IMG/VR virus record: IMGVR_UViG_3300033388_003855
Coordinates: 1 to 51,545 of that record
Reading direction: 5' to 3' (one strand)
Source: a virus
Taxonomy: Duplodnaviria > Caudoviricetes
DNA: 51,545 bases
Shown here: in pieces, positions 37,131-45,192 of the stretch
Layout of the letters: each line of letters begins with the position of its first letter
How positions within the stretch are numbered: position 1 is the first letter of the stretch
The notes under the pieces: generated by a model
What the model was told of the DNA's origin: nothing
The model's input: the letters and a program-made list of their open reading frames with translations, nothing else
The model's database searches: none
Program-made: the position numbers and the translations under genes

Positions 37131-37139
37131 TTTTTTTGC

Positions 37140-37173
37140 TTGACTTACGTATATACATATATATATATATACG
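37140..37173 (+). promoter_or_regulatory. Promoter with a palindromic TA-repeat operator
   Basis: TTGACT followed by CGTATATA-catatatata-TATATACG. Confidence 0.55.
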
Positions 37174-37214
37174 GCATGAGAAGTAAATGATTTTAAACTT
37201 TTGTTGGAGACAAA

Positions 37215-37439
37215 ATGGGCTATGGAGGGGTTGTAGTGGCCGAAGAGCGATTTCTTGAAGATGTAAGGATGGTGCAGGTTAGCTTGACGCTGAATCCTGT
37301 TGATTTAGTTAAATTTGATCAGATTGTTGGGAAAAAGAAACGAAGCGAGAGGGTCAGAGATATGATCCGTGATTATATTGAAGCCAACACTGTGCTAGTC
37401 ATCAATAAAGGGGAAAAATGCGATGGCTTAAGCATCTAA
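37215..37439 (+). CDS. CopG/RHH regulator
   Basis: VSLTLNP..LVKFDQIVG...RSERVRDMIRDYI. Confidence 0.7.
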   Translation: MGYGGVVVAEERFLEDVRMVQVSLTLNPVDLVKFDQIVGKKKRSERVRDMIRDYIEANTVLVINKGEKCDGLSI

Positions 37440-38371
37440 CGAGCGCGAGACATGACGAAGCCCTGGCGGAATTGTTGGACGAACATGGCGCGGAGGGCTA
37501 TGGCGTTTGGTGGATTATTTTGGAAATGATCGGCCGACAAATGGATAACACGAACAAGTGCTCGGCGCGATACTCGATAAAGAAATGGGCGAAAAGTTGT
37601 CAAGTTTCACCCAAAAAGTTTCAGAAAGTTGTCAGCTTTCTGTCAAAACTTGAAAAACTTTTGATAAAAAAATGTCAAAATAATTCAAATTTTTTAATAA
37701 TTGAATGTCCCAACTTATTGAAATACCGTGATGAGTACTCAAAAAAGTCCGGACAAGCTCCGGACAAGCTCCGGACAAAGTCCGGCGTGACTCCGGAACA
37801 GATACAGAAACAGAAGACAGAAGAAGAAAGAAAGAAAGAAAAGAAACTTCCTTTTCAACCAGATTCAGCGAAACCACTGAGTAAGAGCGAATTTGACTTT
37901 TCCGCGCTTTTGATGGAAAAGGAAATTCCATTTTTGTCAATTTTCGAGCAAACGGCACATCAGGCGGTCTGGAAATCGCCGGAAGAAGACGCTGAATATC
38001 GCTCCTGGTTGCTAAGTTTTACCCAGACCATGGTCGCGTTTGGAATAGATAAACATTTGATTGTGAAGGCGATCAACAACGAGGACGAGGATAGAGCGCG
38101 TGGAGCCTTGGCGCATACCCTGGAAATGAAGCGACGAATCGAGGAAGAAGGGCAGGAGGTCAAGAATATTAGCGGGTTATTTGTGAATGGTTATGAGCGA
38201 AAATTGACGACTGAGGCCACGGAAAAGGAGCTGGCAAGGGAGCGAGCTCTTCAAAATGTCCCGAAGCCAAAGGCGGCCGTTTTGCCTATGACAGACAGGC
38301 AGGCTAAGCAAATGTTTGGAAAACTTGTGGCCAGAGGTCAAGAGCTAAAACAACAAGCGATGGAGGGTTAA
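37418..38371 (+). CDS. Replication initiator (DUF4373/Lin1244-like N-terminus)
   Basis: MRWLKH....HDE.L..L....GAEGYGVWWIILE; internal iterons. Confidence 0.8.
   Translation: MRWLKHLTSARHDEALAELLDEHGAEGYGVWWIILEMIGRQMDNTNKCSARYSIKKWAKSCQVSPKKFQKVVSFLSKLEKLLIKKCQNNSNFLIIECPNLLKYRDEYSKKSGQAPDKLRTKSGVTPEQIQKQKTEEERKKEKKLPFQPDSAKPLSKSEFDFSALLMEKEIPFLSIFEQTAHQAVWKSPEEDAEYRSWLLSFTQTMVAFGIDKHLIVKAINNEDEDRARGALAHTLEMKRRIEEEGQEVKNISGLFVNGYERKLTTEATEKELARERALQNVPKPKAAVLPMTDRQAKQMFGKLVARGQELKQQAMEG
37748..37800. repeat. Five 11-bp iterons, putative replication origin
   Basis: TCCGGACAAGC x2, TCCGGACAAAG, TCCGGCGTGAC, TCCGGAACA, followed by an A-rich tract. Confidence 0.75.
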
Positions 38372-38569
38372 TGAGCGCTTAAAAATGATGGATTTAGCTA
38401 TTTAACGACGCGAGGATTAAGAAATCAAGCCGAGAATGTAGCCAAGAGCGTTTGGATTCTTTTTAATTGATTTTAGATAGCGAGAAACGATAAAAGGAGA
38501 TTTTGAGAAACGGGGGGCTTTAACTTTCCCTCCGAATTTACTACACTTAATAAAAACTAGCAGGAGACT

Positions 38570-39424
38570 ATGAAAAAAACTATTTGTTACTACCATAAAA
38601 TCGATTTAGATGGCAAATGTAGCGCGGCTATTGTGCGGCGAAGATATCCAGATTGTGAGCTGATAGGCGTTGATTATCCAGACAGGCCGGATTTTGAGAG
38701 GATAGAGAACGGGGACAGGGTTATTGTGGTTGATTTTAGCTTTGCGCTCTGTGACATGGATAAGCTTTTTTCGGGCGGGCTTTTGGTCTGGATCGATCAT
38801 CACGAATCAGCGTTAAATGTGGCTTATCTGGGAAAATATGCCGATTGTGCGGGGGCGCGCAAGGTCGGCAAAGCAGGATGTGAGCTTACTTGGGAGTATT
38901 TTTTCCCGGAAGAGCCCATGCCGGAGGCTGTGAGGTTGCTTGGTCGCTATGACGTTTGGGACAAATCAAACATTGAGGTATGGGAAAAAGAAATTTTGCC
39001 TTTTCAATATGGAATGAGACTAACAGAATGGGCACCTGATAGCGACGCATGGCTAGACATGCTTGCTCATAATGATTATGCCGAAACTCCGCTCGATCAT
39101 GGATTGACAGTTCTGGCTTATGAAGGCCAAAGAAACGCCACTTACTCCGCCGAAATGGCTTTTCCTGTCGAGTTTGAAGGGTATGATTCCTGGGCGATTA
39201 ATAAAGCTCTTAGCAATTCTAAAATATTTGATACCCTTGACCCTTTTGGCGAAAGGCCATTATATATTTTATTTAACTATAAAAAAGGAGTCTGGAAATA
39301 TAGTCTATATTGTAATCCAGACAGCGGAATTGATGTTTCCAAAATAGCGGTTAAATATGGCGGAGGAGGACACGCCGGAGCCGCTCGTTTTAAATCCGAT
39401 AAATACTTACTCAAAGAGGTGTGA
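38570..39424 (+). CDS. DHH/DHHA1 phosphoesterase
   Basis: H..DLDG, VDF, WIDHH, GGGGHAGAA. Confidence 0.9.
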   Translation: MKKTICYYHKIDLDGKCSAAIVRRRYPDCELIGVDYPDRPDFERIENGDRVIVVDFSFALCDMDKLFSGGLLVWIDHHESALNVAYLGKYADCAGARKVGKAGCELTWEYFFPEEPMPEAVRLLGRYDVWDKSNIEVWEKEILPFQYGMRLTEWAPDSDAWLDMLAHNDYAETPLDHGLTVLAYEGQRNATYSAEMAFPVEFEGYDSWAINKALSNSKIFDTLDPFGERPLYILFNYKKGVWKYSLYCNPDSGIDVSKIAVKYGGGGHAGAARFKSDKYLLKEV

Positions 39425-39427
39425 CGC

Positions 39428-39688
39428 GTGGATATAGTCAAAGGTAATCGCGTTAAATGCGATAGCATTGGATGCGAATGGAAGAAAAATATTTCATTTT
39501 CAGAAGTCCCCTTATGGCACAATAAGCTTTGTCCATTTTGTGCCGGAAGCGTTATTATAAATGATAATGATCTGCTTATCTGGAAAAGTTTAAATGTTTT
39601 TGTGCAGTCATTTAAAAGCATCGCAGATGTGCCGGGCATCCCAAAAAAAAATATTATCATCGATACGTCACTTTTTGGAAATCGTTAA
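39428..39688 (+). CDS. Zinc-ribbon hypothetical protein
   Basis: KCDSIGCEW...W.NKLCPFC. Confidence 0.6.
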   Translation: MDIVKGNRVKCDSIGCEWKKNISFSEVPLWHNKLCPFCAGSVIINDNDLLIWKSLNVFVQSFKSIADVPGIPKKNIIIDTSLFGNR

Positions 39689-39702
39689 TCATAGAGGTCT
39701 AA

Positions 39703-40380
39703 ATGAAGAAACTTTTTATTTTGATATGCGGCATACTCCTTTCTTTTCCGGCTTTAGCAGCCGACGAGGGCATTGTGACGCGCTTCGGCCAGTGGATTGA
39801 CGGCCAGCCGGATAAATGCGAGTGTCCGGCTTGTCCGGCTCTGGAAAACGGCGTGGTTTGTCCGGACACCCCCTTGAATGAAATCAACCGCCCGCCTTTC
39901 GAAATTGAGGTGAGGCTTGACGGATTTGTGACGCCGACAGGCGGTTCAGCGCAGTTTAAAGCCGAGAATTTCACTTTTTCGGGCAAGCACAACTTTTCCC
40001 CCGTCCTTAACGTTTACGTCTCTTACAGCATCGCGAGCGTTGATAAGACCGAGTATGAAAATTCGCTTTACGACAGCGCGTGGCATTATCAAACATTTAT
40101 GACCGGGATTGGATGGTATGTTCACCCGATTATCGAAATATTTGGCGGAGCTGGAAAAACAATGGCCAAAAACGCCGAAGGATCGGAAGAATTAGGCGTT
40201 ACCATAGAGTACGGTATTAAAGCGCATTGGCCGCTAAATCAGCTCGGATATAAGCTTTTTGGGGGGTTGGTCACGAGGGAGGCTCCCTTGGCTGAGGAAG
40301 GCTCGGATATTTCGAGGAGTTTGGCCGACGCTTCGGCAAATTATATCTTTATTGGCGTCGCGTTGCCGCTAGGTTGGTAA
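39703..40380 (+). CDS. Secreted, probable outer-membrane beta-barrel protein
   Basis: Signal peptide (ALA|ADE), amphipathic strands, terminal aromatic residue. Confidence 0.6.
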   Translation: MKKLFILICGILLSFPALAADEGIVTRFGQWIDGQPDKCECPACPALENGVVCPDTPLNEINRPPFEIEVRLDGFVTPTGGSAQFKAENFTFSGKHNFSPVLNVYVSYSIASVDKTEYENSLYDSAWHYQTFMTGIGWYVHPIIEIFGGAGKTMAKNAEGSEELGVTIEYGIKAHWPLNQLGYKLFGGLVTREAPLAEEGSDISRSLADASANYIFIGVALPLGW

Positions 40381-40381
40381 G

Positions 40382-40648
40382 ATGGAAAATGGATATTTTC
40401 TTTTTGGTGGGGAATATTATTATCCCTCTGGCGGGGTTAAAGATTTAATGTTTTGCGCACATACTTTGCTGGCGGCGTTGGATCATTTGAACAATGGCAA
40501 TCATGGCTGGATAGAATGGTTTCATATTATCAATATAAAAACTGCGCAGGTGGTGGCGGCGTCTATAGACTCCGCGTTCCCTGAGTTTTTAGATGATCGA
40601 TGCTGTGTGGAATATAAATATAAATCGCCAAAATGGGGGCCGGCATAA
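40382..40648 (+). CDS. Hypothetical phage protein
   Basis: YFLFGGEYYYPSGG..D...W.HI motif. Confidence 0.65.
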   Translation: MENGYFLFGGEYYYPSGGVKDLMFCAHTLLAALDHLNNGNHGWIEWFHIINIKTAQVVAASIDSAFPEFLDDRCCVEYKYKSPKWGPA

Positions 40649-40737
40649 TGTCTTATATTGCAGGAAAAATAATTAAATGGGGCGTGATAGCCGCGCTTTT
40701 ATACGCGGCTTATGTTTGGGCGGCTGGCGGGCTTTAG
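40648..40737 (+). CDS. 29-aa TM peptide
   Basis: MSYIAGKIIKWGVIAALLYAAYVWAAGGL; TAATG coupling. Confidence 0.4.
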   Translation: MSYIAGKIIKWGVIAALLYAAYVWAAGGL

Positions 40738-40904
40738 CGGTCTGTGTACGTCTCGCATTTATCTGCGGCAAATTCAGCTAATTTTGATAAATAAGTTTTT
40801 TGTTGATGTTTTTGGGCATGGCCGCTTCCCGCGTCAACGTATTTATTGAACGGACGGCAAATACCGCTTAATTTGCAAAAGTGACAACTTTTTTTAGTTT
40901 TCAT
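40734..40904 (-). CDS. Small Cys-containing protein not in the ORF track
   Basis: MKTKKSCHFC...C...C; GGAG RBS; ATGA overlap. Confidence 0.5.
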   Translation of the reverse strand: MKTKKSCHFCKLSGICRPFNKYVDAGSGHAQKHQQKTYLSKLAEFAADKCETYTDR

Positions 40905-41152
40905 AAATTCTCCGTTTTTATGGTGATATTGGGGATATTAGGGAAGTTAGGGAAATTTGAAACGGCCGGCCGTATTGTCCGCTTCTCCAAGGGCTTTGCG
41001 GCCTCCACTAAAGCCTCCTTTAAAGCTGTTTTAAGGTCTTCATTGTAGAAAACCGCATGGCCTATTCGCCGGGGTATAGTGACTTTGTATTTAAAGCCGG
41101 AGGTTATTGTTGATCCGGATGGGAGCTGTTTAATTAGTTCGGATGTTCTCAT
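40901..41152 (-). CDS. Hypothetical protein
   Basis: ATGA coupling. Confidence 0.55.
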   Translation of the reverse strand: MRTSELIKQLPSGSTITSGFKYKVTIPRRIGHAVFYNEDLKTALKEALVEAAKPLEKRTIRPAVSNFPNFPNIPNITIKTENL

Positions 41153-41448
41153 TGCTTTTTATCTCTATGCAGTTTTTTGAATAAAGGTGATCTTTTTTTT
41201 GTCACCGGATCCTCTTGGGCTGGCTCAGATTGCAAAGTTTTTAAGATTTTGAGTCGTTTGGTTTTTGAATGCGCTTCGGCGTAAGCTACCAGCGCGCGCG
41301 CCATATTAGTCAAAGTCGGGCCGGCTGTTTCATTGTTCAGATTGCGGCCTGTGGCCTCCGAGAAGCCGAAGGCCTTGGCCGTTTGGAGGGCGTTTTTAAA
41401 GCCGTGAAGGTCTTTTAATCGAGTGAATATCTTTTTTTCTTTTTCCAT
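41149..41448 (-). CDS. HTH regulator
   Basis: Start at MEKEKK after AAGGAG; NALQTAKAFGFSEATGRNL. Confidence 0.6.
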   Translation of the reverse strand: MEKEKKIFTRLKDLHGFKNALQTAKAFGFSEATGRNLNNETAGPTLTNMARALVAYAEAHSKTKRLKILKTLQSEPAQEDPVTKKRSPLFKKLHRDKKQ

Positions 41449-41451
41449 TGG

Positions 41452-41495
41452 CTCCTTAAGCCGGGCTAAGCCCGGCGAGGGTTGATTTATTTTTT
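41452..41495 (-). repeat. Conserved intergenic hairpin+RBS element, copy 2
   Basis: Near-identical to 22426-22468. Confidence 0.8.
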
Positions 41496-41708
41496 GCAAA
41501 TTGGTCGTCGATAATAAGGAGCATTGCACTCAAATAATGGCTGCCCAACAGTATGCTTTGCGACCGGCACATATTGCCCGCTGTGAACACTGATATATTG
41601 ATCGTTTTTTTGTACGATTTCGCCGCTTTTCATAGCTTTATAAGTCGGATGAGGGACAGCAAAGCCGTGTTTTTTGTCATCAAAAGTTTTTGTTTCGATA
41701 GTTTTCAT
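41487..41708 (-). CDS. Hypothetical protein
   Basis: GGAG RBS before MKTIET; first gene after a promoter. Confidence 0.55.
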   Translation of the reverse strand: MKTIETKTFDDKKHGFAVPHPTYKAMKSGEIVQKNDQYISVHSGQYVPVAKHTVGQPLFECNAPYYRRPICKK

Positions 41709-41754
41709 TTTGTTCTCCAAAGTTTTGTTTTAGTTTCGTGACTAACATGACCTT

Positions 41755-41799
41755 ATTTTACTAAATATGCGAATATTATCAAGTAAAAAATCGCACATT
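41755..41799 (-). promoter_or_regulatory. Promoter with an imperfect inverted-repeat operator
   Basis: TTGATA-16-TAAAAT; AATATGCGA and TCGCACATT flank the -35 box. Confidence 0.5.
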
Positions 41800-41897
41800 C
41801 TGCAAAATAAATAAAAATAAATTCGCATAGTCAGGAAGACGGCCTTTTCTTTTCGGTTTCGATGCGCTATAATAAATGAAACATTAGCGAGGTAATT

Positions 41898-42164
41898 ATG
41901 AAAAAGAAGAAGAAAAGAGAAGATATAGAGCTTCCAATTAAAAATATTAAATTAAATTTTCTGAAGTCAATGTGGCGCAAACACACAGAAACGGCTTATT
42001 TTCGCTCTGACATGGCTTATGCCGGCAAGGATCACACTAACCCGCGTGCTAAAGGATTTATTGCTCTTGGCCCGTTTGGGCTTGAGTTGAGGACGGGATT
42101 TAAAAGTTTAAAGTCGGCGATGGCCGGAGCTGATAGGATTTGGGGGATAAAAAAGGCAGTATGA
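41898..42164 (+). CDS. Hypothetical basic protein
   Basis: GAGG RBS; TATAAT upstream. Confidence 0.55.
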   Translation: MKKKKKREDIELPIKNIKLNFLKSMWRKHTETAYFRSDMAYAGKDHTNPRAKGFIALGPFGLELRTGFKSLKSAMAGADRIWGIKKAV

Positions 42165-42385
42165 AAAAAAGAATAGCAAAGAAAATTGTCCGTGGTTATC
42201 CAGAAAATCGGTACAATTACAATAAAGATCAAATTAAAACAGCTTACCGAGTAGCGACGCGGGTAACAACCAGGCTTAGGAAAATATTCAAAAATAAAAT
42301 TAATATAGTCAGAGCGATGAAGACGGGAGAATTAAAAAATGTTGCTGTTCGTAAGTTGTTACCAAAATTACAAGCATTTTCTTAA
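42161..42385 (+). CDS. Hypothetical basic protein
   Basis: ATGA-coupled start MKKRIAKKI, resembling the N-terminus of 2161-2412. Confidence 0.55.
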   Translation: MKKRIAKKIVRGYPENRYNYNKDQIKTAYRVATRVTTRLRKIFKNKINIVRAMKTGELKNVAVRKLLPKLQAFS

Positions 42386-42416
42386 TAGTTTGTGTGTATA
42401 ATCACATGAGAGCAGA

Positions 42417-42977
42417 ATGAAAAAAATACCAACTATGTTTCAGCGCAATCCGGATAATATGCGCGAAATTATCAATGAATATCATCCCGCCTGTGAATGG
42501 GTAGCAGATAACGAAGGAACGGCGACGCGCAAATATGACGGCACGTGTTGCGCTATTATTGATGGCAAATTTTACAAACGACGACAAGTAAAACCAGGGC
42601 AATCTATGCCTGATGATTTTATAGAAGTTGACCGCGACGCAAACACGGATAAAATTTTCGGGTGGGTGCTTGTTAGCGATGCAGGGAAAGAAGACAAGCC
42701 ATATCGAGAGGCTTTTAATATGTTTGCGGATGAATTTGATTGCGTTGCTGATGAAACATTTGAATTATTAGGCCCAAAGGTTCAAGGCAATCCAGAAAAA
42801 CAGCTATCGCATATATTACAGTCGCATTTACACGCTGAAACATACGGAGACGTTCCGCGAACGTTTAATGCGTTAAAAGAATGGCTGGCAAGCAAAGACA
42901 TTGAAGGATTAGTTTTTCAGCATTCAGACGGGCGTATGGCCAAGATTAAAAAGCGAGATTTTGGACAAAAAAGATAA
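42417..42977 (+). CDS. RNA-ligase-like nucleotidyltransferase (DUF5565-like)
   Basis: ATRKYDGTC (KxDG), TFELLGPKVQGNP, IEGLVF, MAKIK. Confidence 0.8.
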   Translation: MKKIPTMFQRNPDNMREIINEYHPACEWVADNEGTATRKYDGTCCAIIDGKFYKRRQVKPGQSMPDDFIEVDRDANTDKIFGWVLVSDAGKEDKPYREAFNMFADEFDCVADETFELLGPKVQGNPEKQLSHILQSHLHAETYGDVPRTFNALKEWLASKDIEGLVFQHSDGRMAKIKKRDFGQKR

Positions 42978-43062
42978 GGATTACTCCATTGTGTGTATAA
43001 TCAAAATTATACACACAAGTTAACGGCGTGAAACTGGATTAGCTTTTAGGGATTAATTAAAA

Positions 43063-43239
43063 ATGGAACAAAAAGCAGAAAAAGAAAAGGAAACGAGATA
43101 TTGCGACGCTTGTGGGGAAGGCACAAGAATATGCCGGCAGAGGTTTTCCGATCTTGAATATGGGTGTGGTCATTCCCTAGATGCTTTGTTAAGTTTTTGC
43201 AAGCAATGCGCCGAGGTTTTTGAATTAGAGAACTCTTAA
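43063..43239 (+). CDS. Small zinc-finger protein not in the ORF track
   Basis: 58 aa with CDAC...CKQC. Confidence 0.5.
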   Translation: MEQKAEKEKETRYCDACGEGTRICRQRFSDLEYGCGHSLDALLSFCKQCAEVFELENS

Positions 43240-43281
43240 ACATGAGATAAAGTGAAAAAAATAAAATATCGAATTTTACGT

Positions 43282-43355
43282 GGAAACGTGTAGTTTGCGG
43301 AAAAACGTCCGGCCTTACCGGATCGCTCACCGGTTCGAATCCGGTCACGTTTCCA
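43282..43355 (+). tRNA. Atypical tRNA or tRNA-like element, identity undetermined
   Basis: Canonical T arm ACCGG-TTCGAAT-CCGGT; acceptor GGAAACGTG/CACGTTTCC; D arm GTTT/AAAC; anticodon arm TCCGG-CCTTA-CCGGA. Confidence 0.65.
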
Positions 43356-43360
43356 AATAG

Positions 43361-43471
43361 ACGGCCGGCAAAATTAGTACTAATTGCCGGCCGTTGCTTT
43401 TAAGTCGAGCGCCTTTGTAAACGGCTAAGGCGCCAGAGCCCGCGCTCTGATTCTGACAGAAACGCGGGCTC
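43361..43471 (+). ncRNA. Three consecutive GC-rich stem-loops (structured RNA or terminator)
   Basis: ACGGCCGGCA/TGCCGGCCGT; GCGCCTT/AAGGCGC; GAGCCCGCG/CGCGGGCTC. Confidence 0.4.
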
Positions 43472-43522
43472 GCTTCCCCCGTATGCTCATAATTCCAGAA
43501 GGTTGTTTTAGATTTAAGAAAC

Positions 43523-43996
43523 ATGAAACCCAGAATTGTCCAACACTTAGAATTAACCAAATTCGCCTACAACTGGCTCCTAAAGTTTGTTAAATGCGGA
43601 TTTGCATTGCGCGAGCTTAAAACATGCTCTTTAGAAATCCCAGACGCCATAGGCTGGAAGAACGGTTATTCTGTGTTAGTTGAATGCAAAACTTCCCGGC
43701 AGGACTTTTGGCTCGACTCTAAAAAACAACATCGTATTAATGAAGCTTTTGGCGTGGGCGATTATCGTTTTTATCTGTGCCCGGAGCGTATGATCAACGC
43801 CGAGGATTTGCCGCCTAAATGGGGTTTATTATGGCTCATGCCGGACGATAAGATAAAAATGGTTCACGGCCCCACTGGGAACGTTTGGAGCAACTGGCCG
43901 CGCTTTGAGTCGAACAAGCAGGCGGAAAATTTCATGCTGGTTTCTGCGTTGAGAAGAGTTAATAAAAACGGCGACTTGGAGGAGCTGTTAAGATGA
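43523..43996 (+). CDS. PD-(D/E)XK nuclease-like protein (MmcB-like)
   Basis: EIPDAIGW...VECKTSRQDF..D..K, LP..WGL. Confidence 0.7.
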   Translation: MKPRIVQHLELTKFAYNWLLKFVKCGFALRELKTCSLEIPDAIGWKNGYSVLVECKTSRQDFWLDSKKQHRINEAFGVGDYRFYLCPERMINAEDLPPKWGLLWLMPDDKIKMVHGPTGNVWSNWPRFESNKQAENFMLVSALRRVNKNGDLEELLR

Positions 43997-45189
43997 ATCT
44001 CGAAACCTTTCAACTTAAAGACCTCACCCCGGCGGAGTATAACCCGCGAACGATCACGCCGGAAGCTCTGAAAGGTCTACAGCGATCAATTGAGGAATTT
44101 GGATATTTACAGCCGATTATAGTCAATACTCACAGCGGGAACGCCCCGACTATAGTAGGCGGACACCAGAGGCTTAAGGCTTTGCTTGCTCAGGGTAAGA
44201 CGGAAGCTAAGTGCGTTGTGGTGGACTTTGACACGATCAAGGAGAAAGCCGCTAACGTCGCTTTGAACGCGGAGACTATTTCAGGCGACTGGAATTTGGA
44301 AGGGCTGGAAACGATCTTGGAAGAGCTTAAGGTCGAGTTTCCGGAGTTTGACGAAATCAATTTGGATGAGCTGGCGGACAGTCTTGAGATTGATCTTGAC
44401 TTCCTGGGAGACGAGGACGACGAAAAAAAAGACGCCGACAGCGTCCCGGAGATTGAAGAAAAGCCGGTGATTAAGGCCGGTGACTTGATTGAGCTGGGAA
44501 ATCGTCACCGCGTCCTTTGCGGAGACTCGACGCGGATTGTGGACGTGGAGACGGTGATGGGTGGAGAAAAGGCGGATATGGTTTTCACCGATCCGCCGTA
44601 TGGGATAGGAGAGGCTGGCGGTAAAAACAAATCAAGAAGCAAAAAAGCCAAAGCCAAAGATTACGGGGACAAGGCATGGGACGACAAAATCCCTCCGAAA
44701 ATAGCTTTTGATTTAATGTTTGAATGGTCTAAAGACCAAATAATATTTGGAGGCAATTATTTTGTTGAGTATCTAAAAAATAGCCCATGCTGGCTTGTTT
44801 GGCATAAAGATAACGGCGAAACTGATTTCGCTGATTGCGAGCTTGCCTGGACTTCTTTGAAGACCGCCGTGAGGCTTTATAAATATCGCTGGCATGGAAT
44901 GTTACAAGAAGACATGAAAAACAAAGAAGAACGTTTTCATCCCACCCAGAAGCCTGTTGGACTTTTTGAGGCTATTTTCAACGATTATCAATTCAAAACA
45001 TGTCTTGATCCTTTCCTCGGCTCAGGCACAACCCTAATAGCAGCAGAGAAGACCGGGCGTCGCTGTTACGGCTTAGAAATTGATCCTGGATACGTTCAAG
45101 TTGGCGTCCAGAGATGGTGCGATTTCACCGGCGAGGGCAAGGTTAAAATTAACGGGAAAGAAGTTTCTTGGAGCGAGTACAGAGGATAA
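43993..45189 (+). CDS. ParB-like domain fused to an N6A/N4C DNA methyltransferase (beta class)
   Basis: YNPR, GGHQRL; DPPY, HPTQKP, DPFLGSG. Confidence 0.92.
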   Translation: MNLETFQLKDLTPAEYNPRTITPEALKGLQRSIEEFGYLQPIIVNTHSGNAPTIVGGHQRLKALLAQGKTEAKCVVVDFDTIKEKAANVALNAETISGDWNLEGLETILEELKVEFPEFDEINLDELADSLEIDLDFLGDEDDEKKDADSVPEIEEKPVIKAGDLIELGNRHRVLCGDSTRIVDVETVMGGEKADMVFTDPPYGIGEAGGKNKSRSKKAKAKDYGDKAWDDKIPPKIAFDLMFEWSKDQIIFGGNYFVEYLKNSPCWLVWHKDNGETDFADCELAWTSLKTAVRLYKYRWHGMLQEDMKNKEERFHPTQKPVGLFEAIFNDYQFKTCLDPFLGSGTTLIAAEKTGRRCYGLEIDPGYVQVGVQRWCDFTGEGKVKINGKEVSWSEYRG

Positions 45190-45192
45190 AAG

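Noticed and set aside
37748-37800. CRISPR array
   Set aside because: The 11-bp tandem units have no spacers and lie inside a coding gene; iterons fit better.
43282-43355. tRNA-Sec that would partner the UGA
   Set aside because: No TCA anticodon, no long variable arm and no 6-bp D stem.
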